Below are positions 1 to 9,751 of a stretch of 61,467 nt of DNA, one piece after another; position 1 is the stretch's first letter, and each line of letters begins with the position of its first letter. The position numbers and the translations under genes are program-made. The stretch is from positions 1-61,467 of the IMG/VR virus record IMGVR_UViG_3300010148_005374, one strand, 5' to 3'. This DNA is from a virus. Taxonomy: Duplodnaviria > Caudoviricetes. Under the pieces are notes generated by a model. The model searched no databases, was not told the DNA's origin, and saw only the letters and a list, made by a program, of their open reading frames with translations.

Positions 1-600
1 AGTTGATGAGGTAACAAAAAGAATACCATATTCACCTGCTGGTGAATTTGTCTTGAACGAGTTAGACCCACTCTGGTCTTCGATCTTAATAACACGGGTA
101 GTTCTAGCTACTTGGTCATATGCACCGGTCGGATCAACACTAAATTCCATACGGAATGTGCCTTTTTGTATTTCATCCTTAACAAGAAGTCTAGAAAAGT
201 TGAAGAATAAAGCATCATGAAACTTCTCTCCGGAAGTTAAATCACCATCCTTATCAAATTCTCTAATGCTTCCAGTGGCATCATGTCCGACTAGGACTTG
301 GGCCATCTGATTGTATAATTGTAGCTTTTGCTTACCTTGAACATTGGTTGATGCCGAGAGAGATGAATTAGCACTTAGTCCAACCGTAATGTCAAAAATA
401 TGATTTGCAGAAGAACTTAAAAAGGGATAATCAAAAACGCTTTGAAACATGCCGTGGCTAAAATTCTTTACGTTAGTTGATGCGTTAGCAACCAAGTAAG
501 TGCCTGAAACTATTGTCCCAGTAATCGGAATTGCCTCATGGAGCTTTGTTCTTGATGCTTGTATATCAGAAGCTTGTAGTGTTTTAAAAGAAGTTGCCAT
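1..600 (-). CDS. Putative virion structural protein (3' end runs off the window; not in the ORF track)
   Basis: ATG at 598-600 (minus) opens a frame with no stop down to base 1: MATSFKTLQASDIQASRTKLHEAIPITGTIVSGTY...GEYGILFVTSST. It directly follows the 620-1660 gene and is S/T/G rich like its neighbours. Confidence 0.8.
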   Translation of the reverse strand, partial: MATSFKTLQASDIQASRTKLHEAIPITGTIVSGTYLVANASTNVKNFSHGMFQSVFDYPFLSSSANHIFDITVGLSANSSLSASTNVQGKQKLQLYNQMAQVLVGHDATGSIREFDKDGDLTSGEKFHDALFFNFSRLLVKDEIQKGTFRMEFSVDPTGAYDQVARTTRVIKIEDQSGSNSFKTNSPAGEYGILFVTSST

Positions 601-619
601 TATTTTTATTTAACCCTTA

Positions 620-1660
620 TTATGTTTTCTTAACGAATCTTACGGGAATATCAACTCTATATCCAGTCGTAAACCCGGTGATCCTAATTGTTGAGTCGAT
701 GAACCTGAAAACGTTCCCACTACTAACGTAGTCCGCTGCGGTGTTGCCACCTAACTTGTCGAACAGAACATTACTGGTTTGAAGGTTTTCTGCCGCCAAA
801 AGACGGAAAGCAAATCTTGTGCCGTAACGCCCGCCGTTTGTGTCGCCGATCACCGAGAAGGTATCAGCCGGTGAGTTCTCATTTGTTGATCTGTTAAATT
901 CAGCTACCCCAGGTGCGTTGCCATCAGGGGCCGCAAAATACTGTGCGTTGGAATTTAACGAAAAGTAATAACTTGCTATGTTATCGTCATCTATGAAAGA
1001 CGGTCGAGCGACTGTATTACCATCAAGTGATAATATTTGTCCTAGTCTGTTATCCATCTCTACAAGGTATTGTGTTTCCCTGAGCGCATCAGCATTGTCT
1101 AATTTCTGAACCGATAGATCTGTGTTATCAATTCCTTGGTCAAGACAAATAAATTGTCCGGCTGTTGCAAAACTGCGATTACCACGAATGACGCCAATAA
1201 ATGTTCTGAACGGTGACGTAGCAGTTGAGCCAGCAAAAGTGTCTGGGTCTGATGTTGTATAATCAGTAGTCACCAAATATCCACCCACAGGTATGTCGGT
1301 GAGTGCTGCTGTATTTTTGTCAACGGTTTGCGATACTGTATCATTGTTTTTAATAACAGGCAAGTAAAGCAAGTCATCTCGAACATATGAAACAAGTTTA
1401 TGGTTCATTATTGAAGTGTTGTTTGTGAAGGCCTCCAGTACAGGTGTTTGGAGAATGTTAATGTCATAATATGCAGAGCCACTTGGGTGTATGCCTTCAG
1501 CAGCGTTGCTATTTCTATAAAGAGTATAATCTATCTCGTCATCACCAACAGCAAATTTTGCGATGCGGAAACTTCCGTCACCTGCTGCCAGTCTTTTTCT
1601 ACCTGTATCAGTTAAAACCGCATCTAAAATGATATCACCACTGTTATCTAAAAATGCCAT
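620..1660 (-). CDS. Putative virion structural protein (tail/baseplate-associated)
   Basis: 346 aa with an SD-like GAGGGAG upstream. The N-terminus IILDAVLTDTGRKRLA...KFAVGDDEIDY resembles the 'LTxxG' attachment domains of tail-fibre/collar proteins. It lies within the structural module. Confidence 0.7.
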   Translation of the reverse strand: MAFLDNSGDIILDAVLTDTGRKRLAAGDGSFRIAKFAVGDDEIDYTLYRNSNAAEGIHPSGSAYYDINILQTPVLEAFTNNTSIMNHKLVSYVRDDLLYLPVIKNNDTVSQTVDKNTAALTDIPVGGYLVTTDYTTSDPDTFAGSTATSPFRTFIGVIRGNRSFATAGQFICLDQGIDNTDLSVQKLDNADALRETQYLVEMDNRLGQILSLDGNTVARPSFIDDDNIASYYFSLNSNAQYFAAPDGNAPGVAEFNRSTNENSPADTFSVIGDTNGGRYGTRFAFRLLAAENLQTSNVLFDKLGGNTAADYVSSGNVFRFIDSTIRITGFTTGYRVDIPVRFVKKT

Positions 1661-1665
1661 TTTGG

Positions 1666-1672
1666 CTCCCTC
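1666..1672 (-). promoter_or_regulatory. Shine-Dalgarno site (GAGGGAG)
   Basis: Minus strand reads GAGGGAG-ccaaa-ATG at the start of 620-1660. Confidence 0.7.
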
Positions 1673-1710
1673 ATATGAATAACTATTACTATTGAACGTC
1701 GAAGTTCTTA

Positions 1711-1719
1711 ATAAGTAGT
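1711..1719 (-). promoter_or_regulatory. Candidate late promoter (ACTACTTAT)
   Basis: Lies in the longest intergenic gap of the structural module and matches a TA-n-(T/A)-TA core seen before other structural genes. Confidence 0.45.
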
Positions 1720-1743
1720 ATTGTTTTTACCTTTTTGTTCCTT

Positions 1744-4700
1744 TTACCTTTTTTCGGTGCTTGTGAAGTTAACAACAATATTAACTTTACGTCCTGTATC
1801 ACGAGATGTTAACCTAACAATGAATTTATTCCCCGTGATACCATTAACACCTGTTTGCTGAACAAGGCTCTTCTCCGAAGAAAAAAGTCCAGTCCTTGAA
1901 TCTACAAAACCGCTATTCTGACTGACTTCAGCAAAAGGAAGCGTCTGGATATCAGCACCCTTTATTTCTATAAACCTATTCATCTTTTTTGTTGGTGTTT
2001 TTGCTGTGGATATAGTCGGGGTAAACTCTTTTATTATTGGAGAGTAAAATCCATTAACCAGCCTAAGTTCCACTTCATATATCGGTGTAGGGTTAGAAAA
2101 ATATTGTCCAGAAGCAGACCTAAAAGTGTAGTAATACTTTCTATTAGGCTCAATGTCATCTATAAAATCATACGCTAAAGCATAATTTTCTGAGCTAGCT
2201 TCAGCTAAAGGATTCAACCGTTTTATCAATTTACCCGAAAAGGACTTATATAGGTCTTCATGTGTCGCTACGTTTGTGTTTATTTCGTCCGTTCTGTAAA
2301 TATACATTTCAGTTGGTAGCCTACTTTCTTTATAGCTTATAGTAAGCGCCCTTTGATTTGTATCCTGTACCCTCTGGTTTGCTGACACTTCATCAAGAAA
2401 TTCTTTTTCTTCCTGGTCAAAGTGAATATATGGCAGTGCATTCTGTCCAATATATTCACCAACGGATGGCGAAATATTTATTAGTATCTTGTTGCTAGTA
2501 TTTTGATATGAGAATATGCTAGCCTCTGGCGTCAATGGCGGATAGGGAATAATCTTAACAATCGGATAAGATACGCCGCCGACAACTAAATCCGGCCTAG
2601 TTGCCACCGCTGGGACAGCAAAGCCGCCTAAACGACCTCCGGTACCAAGGCGTCGTCTCCAGTTACCTATCATAAGAGGATACTCAACTATTTTAACGTT
2701 AGGTTGAGTGTCTACATTGAAAGAATAAAACCCCAAAGTTCCGCCTGAATTTCCCCTCCTAGTTATCAACTCATCATTAAAACTAGGGAACGCAGCAAAC
2801 CTTGTTCGAAAAAGAAATTTTGAACCATACACGACATCATAAGCATATAATTCATACTGATAGAATTTGTTTGATTTTACTTGTGTATCAACAAAATTTA
2901 GCAAGTCAATTTCATTGGTGTTTGCAAAGTAATAATTTTGCAAAACCCTTCGCCTACCTGAGTTATGATCAGGACCACGGGAACTATATTTTACTAGCTT
3001 GTACATTATGGTTTCGGATTCAGATAAAGTTTTTCTTCCCTCTAATAGCTCTTTGTACTTTACTGCTCTTTGACGGGATTGAGTTCTTACCAAACTATTA
3101 ACTTGGCTAGCCCAGGCACCAATCGCTGCCTGCCCACCATTGCGCTCTCGCCAGGGTCCATTTAAACTGAGTTCTGATAATTCGCCTGAATTTAGGGCCG
3201 CTCTAGTTTCTCTAAACCAATCACTAAATTCATATACTTTAGCAGGTTGTCTTGTTTCAACAATAGCTATTTCTCTTTCTCTTGAATCAAACTGATCCGG
3301 ACCTAACTGACTAACACCCTGAGGGGCAATAGCGCCATATGTTGTAAACGAGAAGGGTTCTGTCTCATTAACAGTCGCATTAATTATTGAGTTAACCATT
3401 GAGGTAGCGCCGAGCGTTTCATTAAGAAGTCCATTTAAACTACCCTGCTCAACCATGGGAATTGAAATTTCAGCATACAGTGGAAATTGTTCCTTGTATG
3501 CGTTAAACTCTTCAAATAAGTTCATAGAAGTTGCATCAGTAGTTTGATTATAATACCTTCTTGCAATGGAGGAAGTCAGATCTATAACCACATTTGAATT
3601 TCTTGTTGCACGTCCATATTGTATGAGATAATCAGATATACCTCTGTCTTCTCCCCCTGCTTGTTGTGCCCGAAGTCTAGGCAATGTGCCGGTTATAAAT
3701 TCATTTAATCTAACTAACCCGTCATACCCTCTTCTAACTTCATCGCCCTGAGGTGAGGAGTCCCAGCCTCGACCAGATAGTCCACTTATAGGATCAGAGC
3801 CAGCGGCTAACTGATAAACATAAAGGTTTGGCAATGCCGATTCTGGTATGGCCCTGTTGTTTATTGAGTCTTCGTATCCTGGCAAGGGGTAGTTGTAAAC
3901 ACCTTCTATTTTTGCGGGTCGAGCCACGTTAGCTTCTCTGCTTAATTGAGTCCTAGTAGAAGGCACTTCATTCAACACAGTGGTAAAAGGATCTCGAACA
4001 AAACTAGTCCTGGTTTCAAAATCATAAAATTCAAAAACAACCGGCTCTGCTTGACGAGCCAAAATAATTCTTTCTTGTCTTGTCAAAGCAGCGTTAGCTG
4101 CCTCTAAAGCTTTATCAAGACTATACTCGGATCTTATCCTTAACAAAACAGCATGAATAGAATTGTTGTAGCCATTATAAGGCGACGATCTAAGATTACT
4201 TGGAATATGCCTATTACTATAATATGCGTTTGAAAAATTTTCAGGTATGAACATTCTATGATCTTCTGAAAATTCATCAAAGTCATCGTAATCTAAAACA
4301 CGAAGAATTCTTCTCATTCTCGGACTAGGTTGCCATAATCTTTGGGTGCCACGATTATCTCTAACTACGTTTGGTGGCCCGCCAATAGTCTTTGTAAGAT
4401 TACTGGGCTGATACCCTGGTTTTCTTGGGAAAAAATCTGCCACTTGATCAAAGGTTTCAAATATCTCTGGGAAACCCTGACTTGCTAAGTTGTTTATTTC
4501 ATTATAAAAATTAAATTTTTGTTCGCCCGCAGTGGGACTTGGGTACCCAGCAGGAAAAACATAACCCCTATACTTATCTTCAGAGAATGGCAGGTTAGGA
4601 TTTTTTTCTCTTGTCCTACCAGCACGAGCAGCGATAATATCGCTTTTATCCTCCTCTGATATGCCCCTGACAATTGTTCTAGACCCTTCCCGAGTATAGC

Positions 4701-5112
4701 CGCCAATATTAAAGTTAACGTTAACTGATGTTGGTTTTTCAGGAGACAGCGCTAAGTTACTATATGCGTTGTCTGATTCTAAGGGAGTAAACGTAACTTT
4801 AGTAGCAAGATGACGGTCGCCACCCATCGCATAATATCTGTTTATAGGATCTAGCGTAGTTAGATTTCTCTGCCCGATAACCTGTCTTGAGGTAAAGTCT
4901 GGACTCCGCTCTCCGGACAATACATTGATAGAATTTGCTTTTTGGGTTGTCGATCCCTCTGGGCGCACAAACTCATAGAATTCCTGTCCGCTGCCAACTA
5001 CGTTTAAACCAGATTCATCAGTAAGTCTGTCTAAAAATTGTTCTCTTCTATCTGCTAAATCCTCACTATTAACTTGAGGTGATTGAGATTCGTTTCTATC
5101 TCCGGCGGCCAT
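1744..5112 (-). CDS. Large hypothetical protein, probably virion-associated, with two fibronectin-III-like segments
   Basis: 1122 aa. FVDTQVKSNKFYQYELY and FIDDIEPNRKYYYTFRS resemble FN3/Ig-like strands. Tightly packed in the structural operon. Confidence 0.6.
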   Translation of the reverse strand: MAAGDRNESQSPQVNSEDLADRREQFLDRLTDESGLNVVGSGQEFYEFVRPEGSTTQKANSINVLSGERSPDFTSRQVIGQRNLTTLDPINRYYAMGGDRHLATKVTFTPLESDNAYSNLALSPEKPTSVNVNFNIGGYTREGSRTIVRGISEEDKSDIIAARAGRTREKNPNLPFSEDKYRGYVFPAGYPSPTAGEQKFNFYNEINNLASQGFPEIFETFDQVADFFPRKPGYQPSNLTKTIGGPPNVVRDNRGTQRLWQPSPRMRRILRVLDYDDFDEFSEDHRMFIPENFSNAYYSNRHIPSNLRSSPYNGYNNSIHAVLLRIRSEYSLDKALEAANAALTRQERIILARQAEPVVFEFYDFETRTSFVRDPFTTVLNEVPSTRTQLSREANVARPAKIEGVYNYPLPGYEDSINNRAIPESALPNLYVYQLAAGSDPISGLSGRGWDSSPQGDEVRRGYDGLVRLNEFITGTLPRLRAQQAGGEDRGISDYLIQYGRATRNSNVVIDLTSSIARRYYNQTTDATSMNLFEEFNAYKEQFPLYAEISIPMVEQGSLNGLLNETLGATSMVNSIINATVNETEPFSFTTYGAIAPQGVSQLGPDQFDSREREIAIVETRQPAKVYEFSDWFRETRAALNSGELSELSLNGPWRERNGGQAAIGAWASQVNSLVRTQSRQRAVKYKELLEGRKTLSESETIMYKLVKYSSRGPDHNSGRRRVLQNYYFANTNEIDLLNFVDTQVKSNKFYQYELYAYDVVYGSKFLFRTRFAAFPSFNDELITRRGNSGGTLGFYSFNVDTQPNVKIVEYPLMIGNWRRRLGTGGRLGGFAVPAVATRPDLVVGGVSYPIVKIIPYPPLTPEASIFSYQNTSNKILINISPSVGEYIGQNALPYIHFDQEEKEFLDEVSANQRVQDTNQRALTISYKESRLPTEMYIYRTDEINTNVATHEDLYKSFSGKLIKRLNPLAEASSENYALAYDFIDDIEPNRKYYYTFRSASGQYFSNPTPIYEVELRLVNGFYSPIIKEFTPTISTAKTPTKKMNRFIEIKGADIQTLPFAEVSQNSGFVDSRTGLFSSEKSLVQQTGVNGITGNKFIVRLTSRDTGRKVNIVVNFTSTEKR

Positions 5113-5113
5113 T

Positions 5114-8100
5114 TTATTGTCCTCTTAGAATAAAGTATCTGTTGTAAATAGGAAGATCAAACATTTCCTTAAAGTCTACATCTATACCTTTATTTAGGTT
5201 TGACACTGAACCTGACATAGTTTCTGGTGAAAATACCATATCATTTTTTGATATATTTCTTACACGACACAATAACGTTTGTTGGTTAGTGGAGTTGTAT
5301 TCGTCTGGTGTGAATTTTCTCCAAACTGGCAGTAATGGTTTTCTTGAAAACGTTGGATCAGACTCGCCAACTCTTACACCAAAGGGTGTATTTCCAAGAT
5401 CGTTGAAGCCAGACAAATACTCAATCACACCTATCTGCTTATAGTTCATCCAGAATGCTAAAAATTTAGCGTAAGTTTTCATTGGATCTCGTGTGGAGAG
5501 GTAAGGAGGGAAATCCTCGTTTTCGTTTATGTAAGATATAGAATCCGAAAAATCAGCTACGTCCGTATCTTCAAGTTGTGGCCTGACGGCATCAAAGCCT
5601 GCTCCGCCTAAAGACTTCGCTTTCTGAGAGGCAGCTATCACAAACATAGACTTAAACTGGTTTGGTATGGCTGCATATTTATTCTCTATAGCACTCTGAA
5701 CACTGACGTCATCCAACCCCAACTTATTGACATTAGTAATCATAGAATTAAAAGTTTCTTTAAGATAACTGGTGGCATCTATTTTTGAGTCTAGTTCTAG
5801 TTCACCAAGAATAGCAAAAGTTAATTTTGTAGGTGGTAGCCCAGCCGGGACAAAAGGTATTTCATCTTTATCAATCGAGGATGGATCAATAACTGCTCCA
5901 TAAGTACCAGTGGCGTAGGGCGTCAGTTCTCTTTCTGTTGATTTGAGAAAGTCATTAGTTTCCAAGTCAGTGTCTTCGTTACCTCCCAAAAATGTCCCAA
6001 TAAGTCTAGGGGAATCTACCTCAGTTTTTTCATTACCCTGTTTTCCAATTTTGATAACCTTGCTGATGCTTTCACCAACACTAGGAATACTAAATTGTTG
6101 TTCTGTTCCCTCACTTACTAAACACCCATGGGCGTATAATGACTTGTTAGCACTATTAAATAAATCTCTTGGCGTTACATCAAAATCCTGGGCCGAGAAA
6201 AAAGGTAACTTATAGTCTTGGGAATAGATTCTATTACTAACTAAGTCAGAAAATAAATCTGCATACTTGTTTATATCATAAGATAAAATGTTTTCGTCCT
6301 GTGAGCGTGCCGCAGTTTGAACTATGGTTTGTTTACCAAAGTTTTTAATTGCCTTAGGAGTAAAATATTGATAACTTGATTGTTCATAGGATGTTCCATC
6401 TGGGCTAGCAAAAGAATTTGGAGATCCTACTTGGTTATAAGATCCGAAATATTTATTAAACTCTTCGCTTCTTCTGTCATTAAAAAAGTCTCTGGAAAAA
6501 GTGGGTAGACCGCCAGGATTACTAATATTACCAGCAACCTTCTCAGACAAATACAAATAACCTGTACCATACCTTTTTCCAAACTCAAACAAGTCACTAA
6601 AATAATGCTTGTGTGTAAGGATGTTTATTTTTGTTGGGGTTGTGTTAGCTGCTAGTTTTTGAACAGCCGTGGTTGACTCAAGATTAGGATCTTTTGGCAT
6701 TTTAGCTTCAAGTATTTGCTCCAACCCTCTTTTGAAGTTTTCAGCAATATCCGAAAATTCCTTAATACCATAGGGGTCTTTCTTTCTAACCATCGATAAC
6801 AACATATTGGTTATACCGTCCACGCTAAGAGGATTAGTCGGAGACATTTTTGTAAAAAGAGTAACAAAACTATTGATATCTTTTGTTAGTGATTCTAATA
6901 AAGTTTGACCATTAAAAGCTATTGAGTCAAGTGGCACAATTCTCTCATTTCTGCCGCTATCATATAGCCCAACACCATCAGCAACAATATCTATTTTTCT
7001 TTCAAGTTCAGCCGGTGGAGAATTTGATATTAGATCATACGCACCCATAGCTCTTGAGGATATCTGAGATAAAACTTGTGTGAACTTTCTTAAGTATGAT
7101 AACGAGGGGTCATAAACACTAACCGAAGCAGCGTATTGAAATGTTCCAGCAGTCAGACTTTTGAACTCATCCTCATAGGTATCATAACCCTCATAAAAGC
7201 TCATCCTCTTTGATATCGCAGGATTCAAAAAAGACCCTAAGTTAGGTATTAGAACTGGCTCAGGTATAATTTCTTCTGGGTGGTAATATGATTCATCAAA
7301 CTTCTTTTGGCGTCCAAAAGTTAATCTGTTAACACCCACCGTTGGTTCAACTCTAATTTGTCTCTTTGATAAGGTGATATCTAAACACTTAACTGTATCG
7401 CTATCTTCTATCTCTAAATCCCCGCCACCAATCAACAAATCTGTGGCCGTGGACGGATTTGTATACAAAAAAGGTAGCTCGCTGTTTTTAACTAGAAAAG
7501 CTAATTTATCAAAAACAAACCCAAATCTAGCGCTGTCATCTTCACATCTAGTTACCCAAAAGTCTGAGAAAAAGTTTTCGGAACCAATCTCCTCATAGAT
7601 TTTGTTGTTTAAGTCAATATCTTTAAGAAGCTCGGTTGTTGTTAGATTCATTTGCTTTTTGAAGTCAACCAAGCTCAATCTACCATAACCTCGCTGATCT
7701 GATAATTTAGCTGCCAGGGGAGGTGTTGAGATTTCAGATTCAATCTCGTCCCTGGTTACTGAGGTTGTTCTTTCTTGTTGAATAAAATTATGTTCAACGC
7801 CTCTGAAGACAGCCCTTTTAACAAAGCCCATTCCAGTTTCTAAAAGCCGATCCTCTTCCCCAATCGTGTAGTCCCTAGAAATGTTTTTATCTTCTAAGAA
7901 TGCTTGGTTATCCATATATGTAAATGCATAGAATCTTATGTTAGACAGGTTAGTATTAGTATAAACCTCATTTTTACCCATCTTAAAAATAAAAGGCTTG
8001 AGCACGATATTATCTAAAACATAATTTTGGAAATTGTCTGCTCCCTCGGCGCTATTATTTTTTCGAACTGGTTTGGTTTTTTTATCTCTAATAACTTTAC

Positions 8101-8704
8101 CGTTCTTATCTTTTAGCAGCGCATCATCGACAGGGATGTCACAAAGAATAATACCATCGTTGACAGTGGTAGCGTCATAATATATCTTATCTTCCAAATT
8201 TGTCTTAAGTGTGTTAAGAATAAAGTCAGATCCAAATGGCCCAGACGGGGAAACTAACGCATAATTTCTTGTACTCAAGCTGTTAACTAAGCTAACATAA
8301 AATTGATCGGCATTTTCTTCGCCAGAAATTGACATTAGCCCAGCTTGGTATTCATTCATTCTTTGTGTGATAAAGTCTAAATCAATACCTTGATTACCAA
8401 AACAGGCGATCATTCTTATGCGTAGATTCTTTATGTAGCTAGGAGTATCGTAAAACCTTCTAAACTCATCATCATCAACCAAGGTCTGTAGTATGGCCTC
8501 AGAAATTTTAGAACTTACGGTTACCGTTACAGTTTCTTCGCCAACACCTTCACCGACAGTTTTTATATCATTTGCTATCACAACCTCTTCTACCAAGACA
8601 CTAGGGTAGTTTGAATTTAGGTATGTTAAGGTTGTTTTGTTTTGAAGTCCTGGCACAAGGTCAGGAAAGAAAGTATTTTGATTTGTTGCTATATTAGTAG
8701 CCAT
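5114..8704 (-). CDS. Large hypothetical protein, probably virion-associated
   Basis: 1196-aa ORF abutting both neighbours. No enzymatic motif recognised. Confidence 0.6.
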   Translation of the reverse strand: MATNIATNQNTFFPDLVPGLQNKTTLTYLNSNYPSVLVEEVVIANDIKTVGEGVGEETVTVTVSSKISEAILQTLVDDDEFRRFYDTPSYIKNLRIRMIACFGNQGIDLDFITQRMNEYQAGLMSISGEENADQFYVSLVNSLSTRNYALVSPSGPFGSDFILNTLKTNLEDKIYYDATTVNDGIILCDIPVDDALLKDKNGKVIRDKKTKPVRKNNSAEGADNFQNYVLDNIVLKPFIFKMGKNEVYTNTNLSNIRFYAFTYMDNQAFLEDKNISRDYTIGEEDRLLETGMGFVKRAVFRGVEHNFIQQERTTSVTRDEIESEISTPPLAAKLSDQRGYGRLSLVDFKKQMNLTTTELLKDIDLNNKIYEEIGSENFFSDFWVTRCEDDSARFGFVFDKLAFLVKNSELPFLYTNPSTATDLLIGGGDLEIEDSDTVKCLDITLSKRQIRVEPTVGVNRLTFGRQKKFDESYYHPEEIIPEPVLIPNLGSFLNPAISKRMSFYEGYDTYEDEFKSLTAGTFQYAASVSVYDPSLSYLRKFTQVLSQISSRAMGAYDLISNSPPAELERKIDIVADGVGLYDSGRNERIVPLDSIAFNGQTLLESLTKDINSFVTLFTKMSPTNPLSVDGITNMLLSMVRKKDPYGIKEFSDIAENFKRGLEQILEAKMPKDPNLESTTAVQKLAANTTPTKINILTHKHYFSDLFEFGKRYGTGYLYLSEKVAGNISNPGGLPTFSRDFFNDRRSEEFNKYFGSYNQVGSPNSFASPDGTSYEQSSYQYFTPKAIKNFGKQTIVQTAARSQDENILSYDINKYADLFSDLVSNRIYSQDYKLPFFSAQDFDVTPRDLFNSANKSLYAHGCLVSEGTEQQFSIPSVGESISKVIKIGKQGNEKTEVDSPRLIGTFLGGNEDTDLETNDFLKSTERELTPYATGTYGAVIDPSSIDKDEIPFVPAGLPPTKLTFAILGELELDSKIDATSYLKETFNSMITNVNKLGLDDVSVQSAIENKYAAIPNQFKSMFVIAASQKAKSLGGAGFDAVRPQLEDTDVADFSDSISYINENEDFPPYLSTRDPMKTYAKFLAFWMNYKQIGVIEYLSGFNDLGNTPFGVRVGESDPTFSRKPLLPVWRKFTPDEYNSTNQQTLLCRVRNISKNDMVFSPETMSGSVSNLNKGIDVDFKEMFDLPIYNRYFILRGQ

Positions 8705-9715
8705 TTATACTTCCTCACAAGGATCAACAGGATCAGTCGGACCACCTTGATACAACGTTTCACCGACTTCTAACACATCTTCTATACCATCATCTACCCT
8801 AATAGATAAGAAGTATTCAACATAAGTAGGATCTAACAAAGGAACATTTTCGCCAATTAGTTGATCATCACCTGCCAATGCACGAACATATTCATCCGGA
8901 TCTTGTTGTAAACTAAGCCCCCTAGCCCCAGCAAAGTTTTCGTTAATAAAGCCAAGTCTCTGAAGTTCCATTTCTTGTCCCTCTCTTATTGGGGCACGAA
9001 AAACTTCTATATCAAAGTTGCCATTAGTTTTATACACTGTATTAAATTCTTGAACATCCAGGAGCAAACGTCCTTCTTTGGTTATTTCGAAAATATCCTC
9101 TGTTACTTCTCTTCCCCCATCCTGCACAACAATGTCATTTGCATCAACATTTATTGTTATGGTATCCACCTCATATTCTAAAGGAAGGCTAGCTGAAAAG
9201 TAAGGAATAATAACTTCAGAGCCCGATGCGCCGCTTCTGTACGGAAACTCCTCCGTTCCCGAAACAAACATTGGCTCGCTGCCATTCATTGCTTTTATTT
9301 CCCAAGCCGGAGCAAATTGCTTAAACGGACTACTTGTCCCGATCGGCCTAAGAAATTTTGCCGTCGCTGGGGAAACTTGGTCTGGGTTTAACGCTCCAGC
9401 GTTTGTGCTTTCTGTGCTAACTTCACCAGTTGCAGTAAAAAATTTGTGATTCTTTTCCCAACCACCATCGCTTATAATAGAGACTCTCGGTGTTGTCTTG
9501 ATTCTTTCAACAATGTCGTTTTGATTTTCTTCCGAGACTTTTGGATTAGCTTTTTGTATGCTACCACTTGGTGTAAACTCTGTATCATATAAGATATCAT
9601 CATCATGAAAAGAATAAAACTTTGGAGTAAACTTACCCATAGAAAAAGATCTCTTACCGTACTTGGTAAGCTCTACCTCTATAACTTGCTCTTTTCTATT
9701 AAGAAATTTAGACAT
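8705..9715 (-). CDS. Putative virion structural protein (N-terminal paralogue of 620-1660)
   Basis: 336 aa. FLNRKEQVIEVELTKYGKRSF...FYSFHDDDILY aligns by eye with FLDNSGDIILDAVLTDTGRKRL...KFAVGDDEIDY. Confidence 0.65.
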   Translation of the reverse strand: MSKFLNRKEQVIEVELTKYGKRSFSMGKFTPKFYSFHDDDILYDTEFTPSGSIQKANPKVSEENQNDIVERIKTTPRVSIISDGGWEKNHKFFTATGEVSTESTNAGALNPDQVSPATAKFLRPIGTSSPFKQFAPAWEIKAMNGSEPMFVSGTEEFPYRSGASGSEVIIPYFSASLPLEYEVDTITINVDANDIVVQDGGREVTEDIFEITKEGRLLLDVQEFNTVYKTNGNFDIEVFRAPIREGQEMELQRLGFINENFAGARGLSLQQDPDEYVRALAGDDQLIGENVPLLDPTYVEYFLSIRVDDGIEDVLEVGETLYQGGPTDPVDPCEEV

Positions 9716-9718
9716 ACA

Positions 9719-9727
9719 ATAAATACA
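9719..9727 (-). promoter_or_regulatory. Candidate late promoter (TGTATTTAT), a few nt before the ATG of 8705-9715
   Basis: Intergenic TATTTA core with no SD between it and the ATG. A related AACTAATTTG sits at 9736-9745. Confidence 0.35.
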
Positions 9728-9751
9728 TTCCGTTACAAATTAGTTCACCAT

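Noticed and set aside
1661-1760. Rho-independent terminator or small RNA in the T-rich intergenic gap
   Set aside because: There is no GC-rich stem, and the T-runs are on the non-coding strand. No tRNA or ncRNA-like structure was found in this or any other gap, all of which are under 90 nt.
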